A stretch of DNA of 64,000 nt from Longimicrobiales bacterium (GTDB lineage: Bacteria; Gemmatimonadota; Gemmatimonadetes; Longimicrobiales; Gaopeijiaceae), in assembly GCA_965116905.1 (NCBI GenBank), contig OZ220732.1, positions 928,001 to 992,000 on the forward strand. The letters run 5' to 3'. A model generated the notes under the pieces. It was not told the origin of the DNA, made no database searches, and saw nothing but the letters and a program-made list of their open reading frames with translations. This document shows positions 19,098 through 27,877 of the stretch, in pieces (position 1 is the first letter of the stretch; the number at the start of each line of letters is the position of its first letter). The translations under genes and the position numbers were made by a program.

Positions 19098-20182
19098 GAG
19101 GTTGGCTGGTACTAGCGGTGGTTGGTATGGCCGTTGGGACGTGCGAGAGTAACAGCAGCGAAAGCCACGAGAATCCGGTTGAGGTCTTCGAGATGAGGGA
19201 AGAACTCAGGATCGGGCGTGCAACTGGCGCTGGCCCGGAGGTCTTTGGGCGGATCGTGTCCCTGGCTGTCGATGACCGCGGCGCGATATACGTGGCTGAC
19301 TCGCATGGGCCGGCGATAATCGCGTTTTCCTCCGAAGGGAAGTTTGTCCGGCGCATCGGGCAGCAAGGACAGGGGCCTGGAGAGTTTGGGAGCCTTGAGG
19401 GTATCGCCTGGCAGCCAACCACTGCGACTATATGGAGCATGGACTTCACGAGGCGCACCTTAATGGGCTTCGATACACTCGGCGTGCATCGGTCTACACA
19501 CCGGTACGCGACAGAGACGATGCACTTTAGCCTACCATGGGTGGGGCGGATAGACGCATCGGGGCATCTTTATGACTTGGACCCGATGACCCATACGCAG
19601 GTGGTTAGATACCAACTATCTGTGGACACCGTAGGGCCGGTTGACAGTCTAGCTATACCGGCGGTCCGACCAGAACCGCCAACCTACACGATCCGCCGCG
19701 GGGCTCTGACGGAGCTAGCCACTGTGCCCTTCAGCCCGTGGATTGCCTGGGATGTATCGCCGCAGGGCAATGTGCTGTTGGCCAACACCTCCGTGCTTGA
19801 GATCCACGAGGTGACATTCGACGGTGACACGATCTATTCAATAGCGCTTGACCGTAGCCCGCCTCCGCTGGAGCGTCGAGTGCGTGACAGTATCGCAAGC
19901 GACATCGGAGTGCCGTCGAGATTGTTGCCGAAGCATAGGACCGCCATGGAAGACGTGGTCGTTGGATTGGACAATAGCATCTGGATTGACTTGACCGATG
20001 ACACGCAAAGCTCATGGGAAGTGTTTGACGAGAAAGGCCACCATATCGGACAGGCAACATCGCCTTTGGTCATCAACAAGAAACCCCGCCCGGTCGTCAC
20101 TATGAGGACCCTAACAGGAATCACAGAGGACGACTTAGGCGTTCAATATATTGTGCGACTAGGGATTGAATTCCCCACCTGA
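19094..20182 (+). CDS. 6-bladed beta-propeller (NHL-like) protein
   Basis: EELRIG, GQQGQGPGEF, TEDDLGVQYIVRL; ATGA overlap with PDZ gene. Confidence 0.85.
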   Translation: MRGWLVLAVVGMAVGTCESNSSESHENPVEVFEMREELRIGRATGAGPEVFGRIVSLAVDDRGAIYVADSHGPAIIAFSSEGKFVRRIGQQGQGPGEFGSLEGIAWQPTTATIWSMDFTRRTLMGFDTLGVHRSTHRYATETMHFSLPWVGRIDASGHLYDLDPMTHTQVVRYQLSVDTVGPVDSLAIPAVRPEPPTYTIRRGALTELATVPFSPWIAWDVSPQGNVLLANTSVLEIHEVTFDGDTIYSIALDRSPPPLERRVRDSIASDIGVPSRLLPKHRTAMEDVVVGLDNSIWIDLTDDTQSSWEVFDEKGHHIGQATSPLVINKKPRPVVTMRTLTGITEDDLGVQYIVRLGIEFPT

Positions 20183-20321
20183 CCTGGGAAAGGAGGTGTA
20201 TAGCAAACACAGGGAGAAACGGGGAGTCGCAGTCCCTGGCTCGCGAAGGGAAGCATAGCTATCGTTGTAGTCACCCCAAAGCAGTTTGATCAAACCAATC
20301 GTTGAAAGGGAGTACATTATC

Positions 20322-20615
20322 ATGCGGAAGCTTTTTCTTGTTGACATGGCAGGCATCAAGCGCGGCGCAGCTGCAAGGTACGCTGCACTTCTAACCAGTC
20401 TGTTTACGATCGTAGGGGGTGCACAGGCTGCTGCGCCTCTTTCGGTCGCGGCGATGCCTCATTCGGAGACAGGCGCGGCCCCCAATTGCTCTGCGGCAGC
20501 CGTAGCGGCCGCTATGGGTCTCTTGTGGAAGAGGTGCGAGGGGCCGGGATCGGCGACTCTCCACTGCAGCGAAGGTGGGTCGGTTCTCTTGGAGAACGTC
20601 GAGTGTGAGGAGTAG
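20322..20615 (+). CDS. Small secreted 4-Cys peptide (paralog 2)
   Basis: AAGGGAG RBS, hydrophobic leader ending AQA, same Cys spacing and C.GPG...HC...GSV..E.V.C motif as 17359..17640. Confidence 0.8.
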   Translation: MRKLFLVDMAGIKRGAAARYAALLTSLFTIVGGAQAAAPLSVAAMPHSETGAAPNCSAAAVAAAMGLLWKRCEGPGSATLHCSEGGSVLLENVECEE

Positions 20616-20721
20616 GGCGTGAAAGGAGAGGGATCGAGCCTGGTCGTACCATGGGTGTCCCGTATCCGCCAACCAGACGGGAGGCGAAGCTCGGGACTCC
20701 GGTGGGTCTAGACCAGGAGGT

Positions 20722-20761
20722 GCATTGCCCCGTCCCCGCGAGCGCGGGGACGGGGCAATGC
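20722..20761. repeat. Perfect 19-bp inverted repeat (hairpin)
   Basis: gcattgccccgtccccgcg-ag-cgcggggacggggcaatgc; no U-tract. Confidence 0.85.
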
Positions 20762-21096
20762 TCGGATGCACGACTGCTCGCTTGGTCAGGGACGCAGGGG
20801 GCCGCTCTTCCAACCTCGCGAGAGATCTTCAGCAAGGAGAGGCGGTGGCCCGAAAGACGCTGCTCGGCGCGGCAAGAGTCGAGAGTGTTCGCCGGCTGAA
20901 GTACGGACTCGGCCGGAGCCAGGGGAGATCGCGGTCATTCTCGCGATCTCCCGCACCACGGTCGGCAGCTAGGTCCGGCGCGGGAGCGACCGGGGGCTGG
21001 CGCGGCACAGGGGCGTGACGTTTCAGCTCCTGATGGTACGAGTGCCGCGCGCCCCCGGACGGATATCAGTACAGCCGCTTCTGCGACCACTACCGC

Positions 21097-21260
21097 GTGG
21101 GGCTCGGTCGCCTTGAACCCGATGTCAACCGAACATACCATGACCTGGCGGTGCACGACCGGATGGCGGTGCTGCCCGCCCGGCCGCGCTCGCCCCAGGA
21201 CAAGGCGAAAGTGGAGGCGACCGTCCAGAACGTGGGACCATGGCTTCTTGGCATCCACTC
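21097..21260 (+). mobile_element. IS21-family transposase (IstA) remnant
   Basis: YHDLAVH..AVLPARPRSPQDKAKVEATVQ resembles the IstA C-terminal DDE segment; no full gene or istB. Confidence 0.7.
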
Positions 21261-21853
21261 GGGGTGCTACCGGGCCTGCTGGGTGCCGGCCCGGAACCCG
21301 CTCGAAGTGTTGGCGGTCGAGAAAGGCGAGAGGATTGATCGGGACATGCTCGAGGAGGCGCCTAGGTCTGGTCGACCTCTCCCTCGACCGGCAGGTCATC
21401 ATGATTGGCCTGTGCGTCGACAGGCTTTTTCCGGAGATCGGCCGCGCGCAGCTCGATCTGTCGTACCTGATACATCGGGGGCTCCATGTACGAGGGACTC
21501 CGCCTCACGGGCGTTCCCGGAAGGTATCACGCTGACCGGACTCCCTGTTTCCGTAGCTCGTCAGTCTTTGATTCGGGTCTCAACTCGAACTGTTCGAGCT
21601 TCTCGAATATGGCCCTCTCCCCCCTGATCGTGGTGGGCGGAGTGCCGGTGAAGGTCAGGGCCCAACTAACCTCTTAGCGGTTCGTCGCCAAGCCGGGATC
21701 GTCGGGTGTCCGAGGGGCACACCAACGTTCTCACTTGAGCGCCACCCGACCTCACGCTGCACAGGCGTTAGCGGGATAGGTCCCCAAGGCATCACGATGG
21801 ATGGCGCTGGGAAGTCCACAAGCGCGAGGAGTCAGAGGGGGTCGAGGACCTTC

Positions 21854-21962
21854 TCCAACGAGCGGCCGCGCGCCGCGACCGCTAGCATGGCCGAGAAGCT
21901 CGTACCGATCCCGACGCCCCAAACGATCCCCGCGATGATCATGAACCCCGACTCATCCTCGG
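21854..21962 (-). pseudogene. Internal fragment duplicate of the membrane-protein gene 16501..16959
   Basis: 109 nt with 9 mismatches to 16733..16841; flanks not homologous. Confidence 0.85.
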
Positions 21963-22014
21963 TGGGGAGCCCGCCGTGATTGAGAAGCTGGCCCGGCGTT
22001 GAGGGCGAATGCGG

Positions 22015-22578
22015 TTATCCGTCTCCTGCCGACAGCATGTTTTGGGCCACCACGCCGAGCTGCCGTCCGTGACCGTCGGCCACGACGCGACCTCGCCCGT
22101 CGACCGCGAAGACCCACGGCGTCCGTTTCGTAATGGCATGACCGAGGGGCTCGGCCGATGTGACGATGACGGGCCATTGTCGGTCACGGAGGTAGTCCGT
22201 CGCCCCTGGACCGGCAGCAACGGCAATGATCCGATAGCCCTTGTGTACGCTCCCTTCCAGCCAGTCAGACCAAAGGGGTGCAACACGGCGGCTATGGGCG
22301 CAGTCGGGGTCAAAGACGAGGAGGAGCGCAGGCTGCCCCGTGCCGAGCTCCTGCAACACTCCGTGGGAATCTCTCAACGACAGATCCGAAAGGTCATCTC
22401 CCCTCGTCACAAAAGGGGACGGGCCATCGGTGTGGGCCTTGACGTAAGCGAAAGCGAGGGCTTGAAGGACGGCCACGACAGCCAGGCCGGCGACGGCAAC
22501 GTGCCATGGCCCGCGCCAAGAACCTCTCCTCTCGCTCTCGGGAAGAATCTCGGCGCTCGCGGCCTCGTTCGATGACAT
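22015..22578 (-). CDS. Membrane-anchored thioredoxin-fold (TlpA/peroxiredoxin-like) protein with CxxS
   Basis: TM helix, LLLVFDPDCAHS, RTPWVFAVD. Confidence 0.75.
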   Translation of the reverse strand: MSSNEAASAEILPESERRGSWRGPWHVAVAGLAVVAVLQALAFAYVKAHTDGPSPFVTRGDDLSDLSLRDSHGVLQELGTGQPALLLVFDPDCAHSRRVAPLWSDWLEGSVHKGYRIIAVAAGPGATDYLRDRQWPVIVTSAEPLGHAITKRTPWVFAVDGRGRVVADGHGRQLGVVAQNMLSAGDG

Positions 22579-22824
22579 TGCGACCCCCCGTTGGGATTGC
22601 CAGGCAGGACAAAGGGCGCCTGCCTTCACTGTCCCTGCTAACAGGTGAGATGCCCACAGCGTGCAATCGGAGGACGTGGTAGCCAACAGGCGCGAATTGC
22701 ACGATTCCGTCCTGGGATCTGTTAGTTGATCATAAAGAGGGGAGTGACCCCTCATTCGGGGCGTGGCCCAGTGGAGTCTTTTCTGGCCCAGTTGCCTTGT
22801 TTTCTTCCCAGAAGGAGTGGAAAC

Positions 22825-23025
22825 TTGCGAGCTACCGCGATAGTGCTCATCCTGCTGAACCTTGTCCTCGGCGCGGGTCTACTGGAGTCGATCAGGAACG
22901 ACGCGACTCGAGCGCAGGGCTTCCGCAGTTGCTGCCGTGTTGCAGGTGCCGAGGCCTACTGCTGTGACCAGTGCTGTTGGTTCCGCACCGATTGTGACTT
23001 CGACAGCGATTGCCAGGATGCCTGA
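22825..23025 (+). CDS. Small secreted 8-Cys peptide (66 aa, TTG start)
   Basis: AAGGAG 7 nt before TTG; hydrophobic leader; core CC-x8-CC-x2-CC-x5-C-x5-C. Confidence 0.7.
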   Translation: MRATAIVLILLNLVLGAGLLESIRNDATRAQGFRSCCRVAGAEAYCCDQCCWFRTDCDFDSDCQDA

Positions 23026-23062
23026 CCGGTAGGAGGTCGCGGTTGATCGGGAGGCTGAACGG

Positions 23063-23866
23063 ATGACGACGACTCAGCGCCGCAGGAAACCTGTCGGCTG
23101 GGCCGGGGCCTGCTTCAGGGCCATGGCGCCTTGGCTTTTGCTGCTCGTGGGTGGCAAGGTTGTCCTGACCCAGATTTGGGCGCCGCTGGAAGAGGCGTCA
23201 TCGCTGTCTCGATGGCTTTGGCTCATCATTGATGACCTTGCCTTGGTCCTTCCGTTCCTCCTTTTCGCGGTGGGCCTTGCTCTGGGACGAGTGCTGGGGC
23301 ACTCGGGGCGAGTGGTTCGGGTCGCCGTACTGGTGGGCATGGCGGTGAGCATCCTGTCCTACAGCTTGGGTGCCTGGGCGGCGCCGGAAATCGAGGAGCG
23401 GCTTCGGGCGGCGCGGCGTGCCGACACCGTCGACACACGTCAGTTCGGAATCCCAACGCCGGTCGGCATCCTCCGCAATCTTGAATTCGTGAGGGCCAAT
23501 CCACCGCCCCAATACAGCCTTCGAACGAGCAGTCCACAGGAGTTTCCTCCCAACGTGCTGCTCTGGCGCTTGCACCAGCCACTGGCGTTCGCCGTATTCG
23601 GGATCGCCAATGTGCTCCTGGGGCTGCTGGCTTCCGAGTTGACGGTGGACCTGTCGAACCGGGTGAGGCGAAATGTGCGCCTGGCCGTGGGCGTCGGGGG
23701 CGCGATCGCGTTCCTGGCCTGCATGGTAGTGGCTTCCCCTGTCGAGCCGTTCCTGCGGGACGGCACCATGCGTTCGGGAATCGTCGGCGCGTGGCTGCCG
23801 CTCCTGATCCCGCTTGTCGAGGGCTTGGTCCTTCGGTACCTCGTCCAAAGCCGGCGGTACGGATGA
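23063..23866 (+). CDS. Hypothetical multi-pass membrane protein
   Basis: About six hydrophobic segments with a central loop; GGGAGG RBS; coupled to the ECF gene. Confidence 0.75.
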   Translation: MTTTQRRRKPVGWAGACFRAMAPWLLLLVGGKVVLTQIWAPLEEASSLSRWLWLIIDDLALVLPFLLFAVGLALGRVLGHSGRVVRVAVLVGMAVSILSYSLGAWAAPEIEERLRAARRADTVDTRQFGIPTPVGILRNLEFVRANPPPQYSLRTSSPQEFPPNVLLWRLHQPLAFAVFGIANVLLGLLASELTVDLSNRVRRNVRLAVGVGGAIAFLACMVVASPVEPFLRDGTMRSGIVGAWLPLLIPLVEGLVLRYLVQSRRYG

Positions 23867-24555
23867 CTGACACGACGTTCGGTGTCCCCCCTTCACTCTC
23901 GGACGATGTGACGCCCGCAGGGGAGAAGCCGCGCCCGTCCGATGCCGACGACATGCCGGACACAGAGGGTGCCGACGACACGCCGGACACAGAGGGTGAT
24001 GCCATTGACGGGGTGGCCTTTCGGGACGGGGACGAAGAGTGCTATCGCGCCGTCCTGGACCGTTTTGAACTCCTGATTCGCAAGGTCTTGTCGTCGTATG
24101 GAGATTGCGATGCCGACCGGCAGGACCTGTATCAGGATGTCTGCGTCCGCATTCTAGAGCAGCGCCACGGATACCGGGAGCAGGGCGCGATGGGCGGATG
24201 GATACACACGCTGGCACGTAACGTGGCCCAGAACTGGCGCGACTCGCAAATCGCACGTGAGTCGGCGCAAGACGAATATGTGGCCGCGTTCGCGCCGATC
24301 GCCGCGGCCAGGCACATCACCGAGGACCCATCGAGGCTCCTGATCCGCAAGGAGCTCCTGGCCAACGTGGAGCGGGCTCTCGACGCCATTTCGGACCAGC
24401 AGGCGAACGCGCTCAGATTGGTCCACATCGAAGGGTACAGTGTCAAGGAGGCTGCTCAGCTCCTGGGCACCAAGCCGGCGACCGTGCGATCCAACGTGCG
24501 CCATGCCAGAGAGAAACTGCGGGAACAGGCGGAGTTGAGAGATGAAATGTCCTGA
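23863..24555 (+). CDS. ECF RNA polymerase sigma factor
   Basis: DLYQDV (region 2), WIHTLARN, EGYSVKEAAQLLG..TVRSNVRHAR (region 4). Confidence 0.9.
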   Translation: MTDTTFGVPPSLSDDVTPAGEKPRPSDADDMPDTEGADDTPDTEGDAIDGVAFRDGDEECYRAVLDRFELLIRKVLSSYGDCDADRQDLYQDVCVRILEQRHGYREQGAMGGWIHTLARNVAQNWRDSQIARESAQDEYVAAFAPIAAARHITEDPSRLLIRKELLANVERALDAISDQQANALRLVHIEGYSVKEAAQLLGTKPATVRSNVRHAREKLREQAELRDEMS

Positions 24556-24982
24556 CCTGAGAACGCTGAGCCGAGTCGGTACGCCCAATGCCGATCCGGC
24601 CGTCGTGGAACACGTGGTGAGTTGCCGTTCGTGCTGGCTGGACTGGCAGATCCAGCAAGGCATGCGTTATCTGGAGGATCCGGTGGTCCAAAACGCGTCG
24701 GATGTGAACGACCGGGTGATCGCCAGGGTCCGCATCAGGGCGCGGCGTGATTCTGAGCCGCCGGCGAGGTGGCGCGATGCCGCGTTGTTCGGCGCAGTCG
24801 TCGCGATTGCGGTGCTCGCTTTCCTGTTGGCAGTTCCGGCGGCCGCAGTGGCTATACCGGTCGCCCCGGCGGTGGGGTACGCGATCCTGGCGGGTGTCCT
24901 GGGCACGCTCTACGTCAAGAAGCGGGACGAAGGTCGCGTTGCTGGCGATTCCGCCGTGGGAGCGGCAGGTCCTGATCTCTAG
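24542..24982 (+). CDS. Zinc-binding (ZAS) membrane anti-sigma factor
   Basis: HVVSCRSC (HxxxCxxC) followed by two TM helices; overlaps the sigma stop. Confidence 0.8.
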   Translation: MKCPDLRTLSRVGTPNADPAVVEHVVSCRSCWLDWQIQQGMRYLEDPVVQNASDVNDRVIARVRIRARRDSEPPARWRDAALFGAVVAIAVLAFLLAVPAAAVAIPVAPAVGYAILAGVLGTLYVKKRDEGRVAGDSAVGAAGPDL

Positions 24983-25135
24983 GCCACGGAGTTCCGCACT
25001 TGCCGCACCGGTGCGTTGCAGCCCTGCGCACCGCCTACCAGTCCGGTAGCGGTCTGGCTACAGTCCGGTATCAGTCTTGATCTCCTTGTCATTGGCGGGG
25101 TTGCCAATTTTTGCCAAAGCGGCTAATCTCCCCCC

Positions 25136-25375
25136 ATGAGCACCATGAACATCTCGCTTCCGGCTTCTCTGAAGTCCTATGTCGACGACCAGGTGGAGGG
25201 TCGCGGATACGGGAGCAGCAGCGCGTATGTCCGCGAACTCATCCGCCGTGACCGCGATCGCCAGCATCTCCGGAGTCTGCTGCTCGAGGGCGGCGAGTCG
25301 GAGCCCGCGGCCCCGGCGGACGCCGCCCATTTCGAGACGCTGCGGAACCGCGTTCGCCACTACTCGGGGGAATGA
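25136..25375 (+). CDS. parD: ParD-family antitoxin (RHH)
   Basis: MNISLPASLKSYVD..GYGSSSAYVRELIR. Confidence 0.88.
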   Translation: MSTMNISLPASLKSYVDDQVEGRGYGSSSAYVRELIRRDRDRQHLRSLLLEGGESEPAAPADAAHFETLRNRVRHYSGE

Positions 25376-25704
25376 CGCCGAAGCCGGTGGTTCTGCGTGC
25401 GGCAGCCCGGCAGGACGTCGATGCCGCGGTCAGCCACTACCTGGCGGGCGCCGGCCGTAAGACCGCGCTGCGCTTCGTCGAGCGAGTGGAGGAGGCGCTT
25501 CTCCACGTCGGCGTGAACCCGGAAACGGGATCGCCGCGCTACGGCCATGAAGCCAACCTGCCGGGGCTCCGCTCGTGGCCGGTTCGGTCCTTTCCCTATC
25601 TTGTCTGCTACATGACGGCCCGTGGCCGGGTGGATGTGTGGCGGGTGCTGCACCGCCAGCACGACATCCCGGCGTGGATGGACGAGAGTGAGGGACTGAG
25701 ATGA
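25372..25704 (+). CDS. parE: ParE/RelE-family toxin
   Basis: [34 protein letters not shown]. Confidence 0.88.
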   Translation: MTPKPVVLRAAARQDVDAAVSHYLAGAGRKTALRFVERVEEALLHVGVNPETGSPRYGHEANLPGLRSWPVRSFPYLVCYMTARGRVDVWRVLHRQHDIPAWMDESEGLR

Positions 25705-25844
25705 AGATCTTGCGGGAAGGAGATCGCGGGTACGCTCTGGCGCCGGAACGTGGGCGGGTCGAGATCGTTTACGAGTACCGAGCGTGGCCAGAATCGCCGA
25801 TCCGCCGAGGTAGATTGGCAGCGCACGAAAACAAGGTGGAGCAC

Positions 25845-27104
25845 ATGAGGACCAGGCACGCAATCGGGTTCGTCACGCACGCGCTCATCGCGGCGGCACT
25901 GTTGACGGTCGGGCCGGCGCACTCCCAGGAGATTGTCGAGCTTCCGGCCGCAGACCGCTTGCTGCGGGCCGACTTCGAAGAGGTCTACCGGAGCGGCTCC
26001 ATGGCGGGCGACGACTGGGAGCAGTTCGGCCGCGTACGCCGAGTCGGTTTCGACGGTGCTGGACGGCTGTTCGTCTTCGACAGCCAGGCCGACCGCATTC
26101 ACGTGGTGGGTCCGGACGGCGAGTATCGGCACACGATCGGTCGTTCGGGCGAGGGTCCGGGCGAGTTTCGACGCCCGGACGGGCTTGCGGTCATGCGCGA
26201 CGGGAGAGTGGTGATCGCGGATCTCGGCCATCGTGCGTACCACATTTTCGGGGCGGACGGCGAATTCGAACGCATGGTGGGCATGGCGCCGGAAGCGGGT
26301 GACATCCGGATCACGGACCTCTATCCGCACCCTGGTGGCGAGGCCATCTTCACCGCCGTCGGGTCCCAGTTGCTCTCGGGCAATTTCGGGACGTCCGGGG
26401 GACGGACCATCCCGCATACATCCCGGCCGGTGGAGCGGCTGTTGCTGACCGCGGACGTGGCCGTGAAGGACACCGTTGCCGAGGGGTGGCTGCCCAGCGG
26501 CGGAGACCAGACGTCGCTGCCTGTCGATGGGCAGGCGAACTACCGCGTGCCGACCCCGCTGCCGTTTGGACCGCGTATCCTGCCGGGCGTGCTCCCGGAT
26601 GGAAGCGTGGCGTTCTCGGACTCCTCGGCCTACGCGATCAAGATCACGCGGCCGGGCGCGGGCGTGTGGCGGATCCTGACGCGGCCGCTGGAGCCGATTC
26701 CCGTCACGGCTCGCGAGATCGAAGCCGAAAAGGAGCGCCGCCTCAAGGACCTGGAGGAAAGCAGCGGCAGGGGTGGGATCATGATAAACGGTGTTCGCGT
26801 GGCGCCCAATCTGGACCGTGCCCGGGCGCGAATCGAGGAGCTGGAGTTCTTCGAGGAGGTCTCGATCGTCCGCGGTCTCAAGACGGACTGGACCGGCGGA
26901 ATCTGGGTGCAGCGGCATGGAGAGGAGCCCAGCGACGACGACGGACCCATCGATGTCCTGACCATGGACGGCGAGTACATCGGCACGTATCCGGCAGGCG
27001 CGATCGAGATGCCGGACGCTTTCGGGCCGGACGGACTGGTCGCGTTCGTCGAGACCGACGAACTGGATGTGCAGACGGTGGTGGTGAGACGGCTTGTCCG
27101 GTGA
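25845..27104 (+). CDS. Secreted 6-bladed beta-propeller (NHL-like) protein
   Basis: Signal peptide, [11 protein letters not shown]-terminal [13 protein letters not shown]. Confidence 0.85.
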   Translation: MRTRHAIGFVTHALIAAALLTVGPAHSQEIVELPAADRLLRADFEEVYRSGSMAGDDWEQFGRVRRVGFDGAGRLFVFDSQADRIHVVGPDGEYRHTIGRSGEGPGEFRRPDGLAVMRDGRVVIADLGHRAYHIFGADGEFERMVGMAPEAGDIRITDLYPHPGGEAIFTAVGSQLLSGNFGTSGGRTIPHTSRPVERLLLTADVAVKDTVAEGWLPSGGDQTSLPVDGQANYRVPTPLPFGPRILPGVLPDGSVAFSDSSAYAIKITRPGAGVWRILTRPLEPIPVTAREIEAEKERRLKDLEESSGRGGIMINGVRVAPNLDRARARIEELEFFEEVSIVRGLKTDWTGGIWVQRHGEEPSDDDGPIDVLTMDGEYIGTYPAGAIEMPDAFGPDGLVAFVETDELDVQTVVVRRLVR

Positions 27105-27853
27105 CGACCGGCCGTGGCGTCACCGTTGCCGTCATCGACAGCGGCGTCAACCCGGACCACCCGCATGTGAGCGGCGTCGCCGGGGGCGTGCGGATCGACC
27201 TCGCCGGGGACGTGTCCGATGACGCGTCGGATGACTACGTCGACCGGCTCGGCCATGGCACCGCCGTCTTCGCCGCAATCCAGGAGAAGGCGCCAGCGGC
27301 TGACATCTTCGCGGTGCGCGTCTTCGAGGATCGGCTGAGGACGAGCACCCGGGCGCTGGTCGCCGCGATCGATTGGGCAGCGGAGCGACGGATCCGGGTC
27401 GTCAACCTGAGCCTCGGGACGTTGCGCGAGGAGCACGCGGGAATGCTGAACGAGGCGGTGGAACGGCTGGCGGATGCCGGGGGTGTGGTGGTGGCGGCGG
27501 CGGAAGCGGATGGGCGCCGGTGGTGGCCGGGTTCGTTGCCGTCGGCGATCGGGGTCGTGATGGACGCCAAATGCCCGCGCGAGTGCGTGAAGGTGCGGGC
27601 GCACGGGCAGGTGCGGGCGCACGGGCAGGGCGGAGACACCGTGGAGAGCCTTGGCGACGGCTGGGTGGTTGCCGCTTCGCCTTATCCGAGGCCGATCCCC
27701 GGCGTGCCGGTCGAGGCCAACCTGAACGGGATCAGCTTTGCCGTCGCCAATGTGACAGGAGTGCTCACGCGCCGGTTGGAAGGCGTTAGCGGCCCTCTGA
27801 CACCGGAGGTCTGTCGGGAGCTGTTGCCCAGGGGAAGCACATCCCGCCCATGA
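27101..27853 (+). CDS. qhpE: Small cytoplasmic subtilisin-like (S8) protease, probable QhpE leader peptidase
   Basis: VAVIDSG / GHGT / NLSLG / GISFA triad motifs; 250 aa with no signal or propeptide; qhpE assignment is inferred. Confidence 0.7.
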   Translation: MTTGRGVTVAVIDSGVNPDHPHVSGVAGGVRIDLAGDVSDDASDDYVDRLGHGTAVFAAIQEKAPAADIFAVRVFEDRLRTSTRALVAAIDWAAERRIRVVNLSLGTLREEHAGMLNEAVERLADAGGVVVAAAEADGRRWWPGSLPSAIGVVMDAKCPRECVKVRAHGQVRAHGQGGDTVESLGDGWVVAASPYPRPIPGVPVEANLNGISFAVANVTGVLTRRLEGVSGPLTPEVCRELLPRGSTSRP

Positions 27854-27877
27854 GGACCAGTGAGCGCGCGATCTCGC

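Noticed and set aside
17359..23025. Classical RiPP cluster (lanthipeptide, bufferin/MNIO, YcaO) around the Cys-rich peptides
   Set aside because: No LanB/C/M, YcaO, MNIO or dedicated radical SAM gene lies in the block; only thiol oxidoreductases are adjacent.
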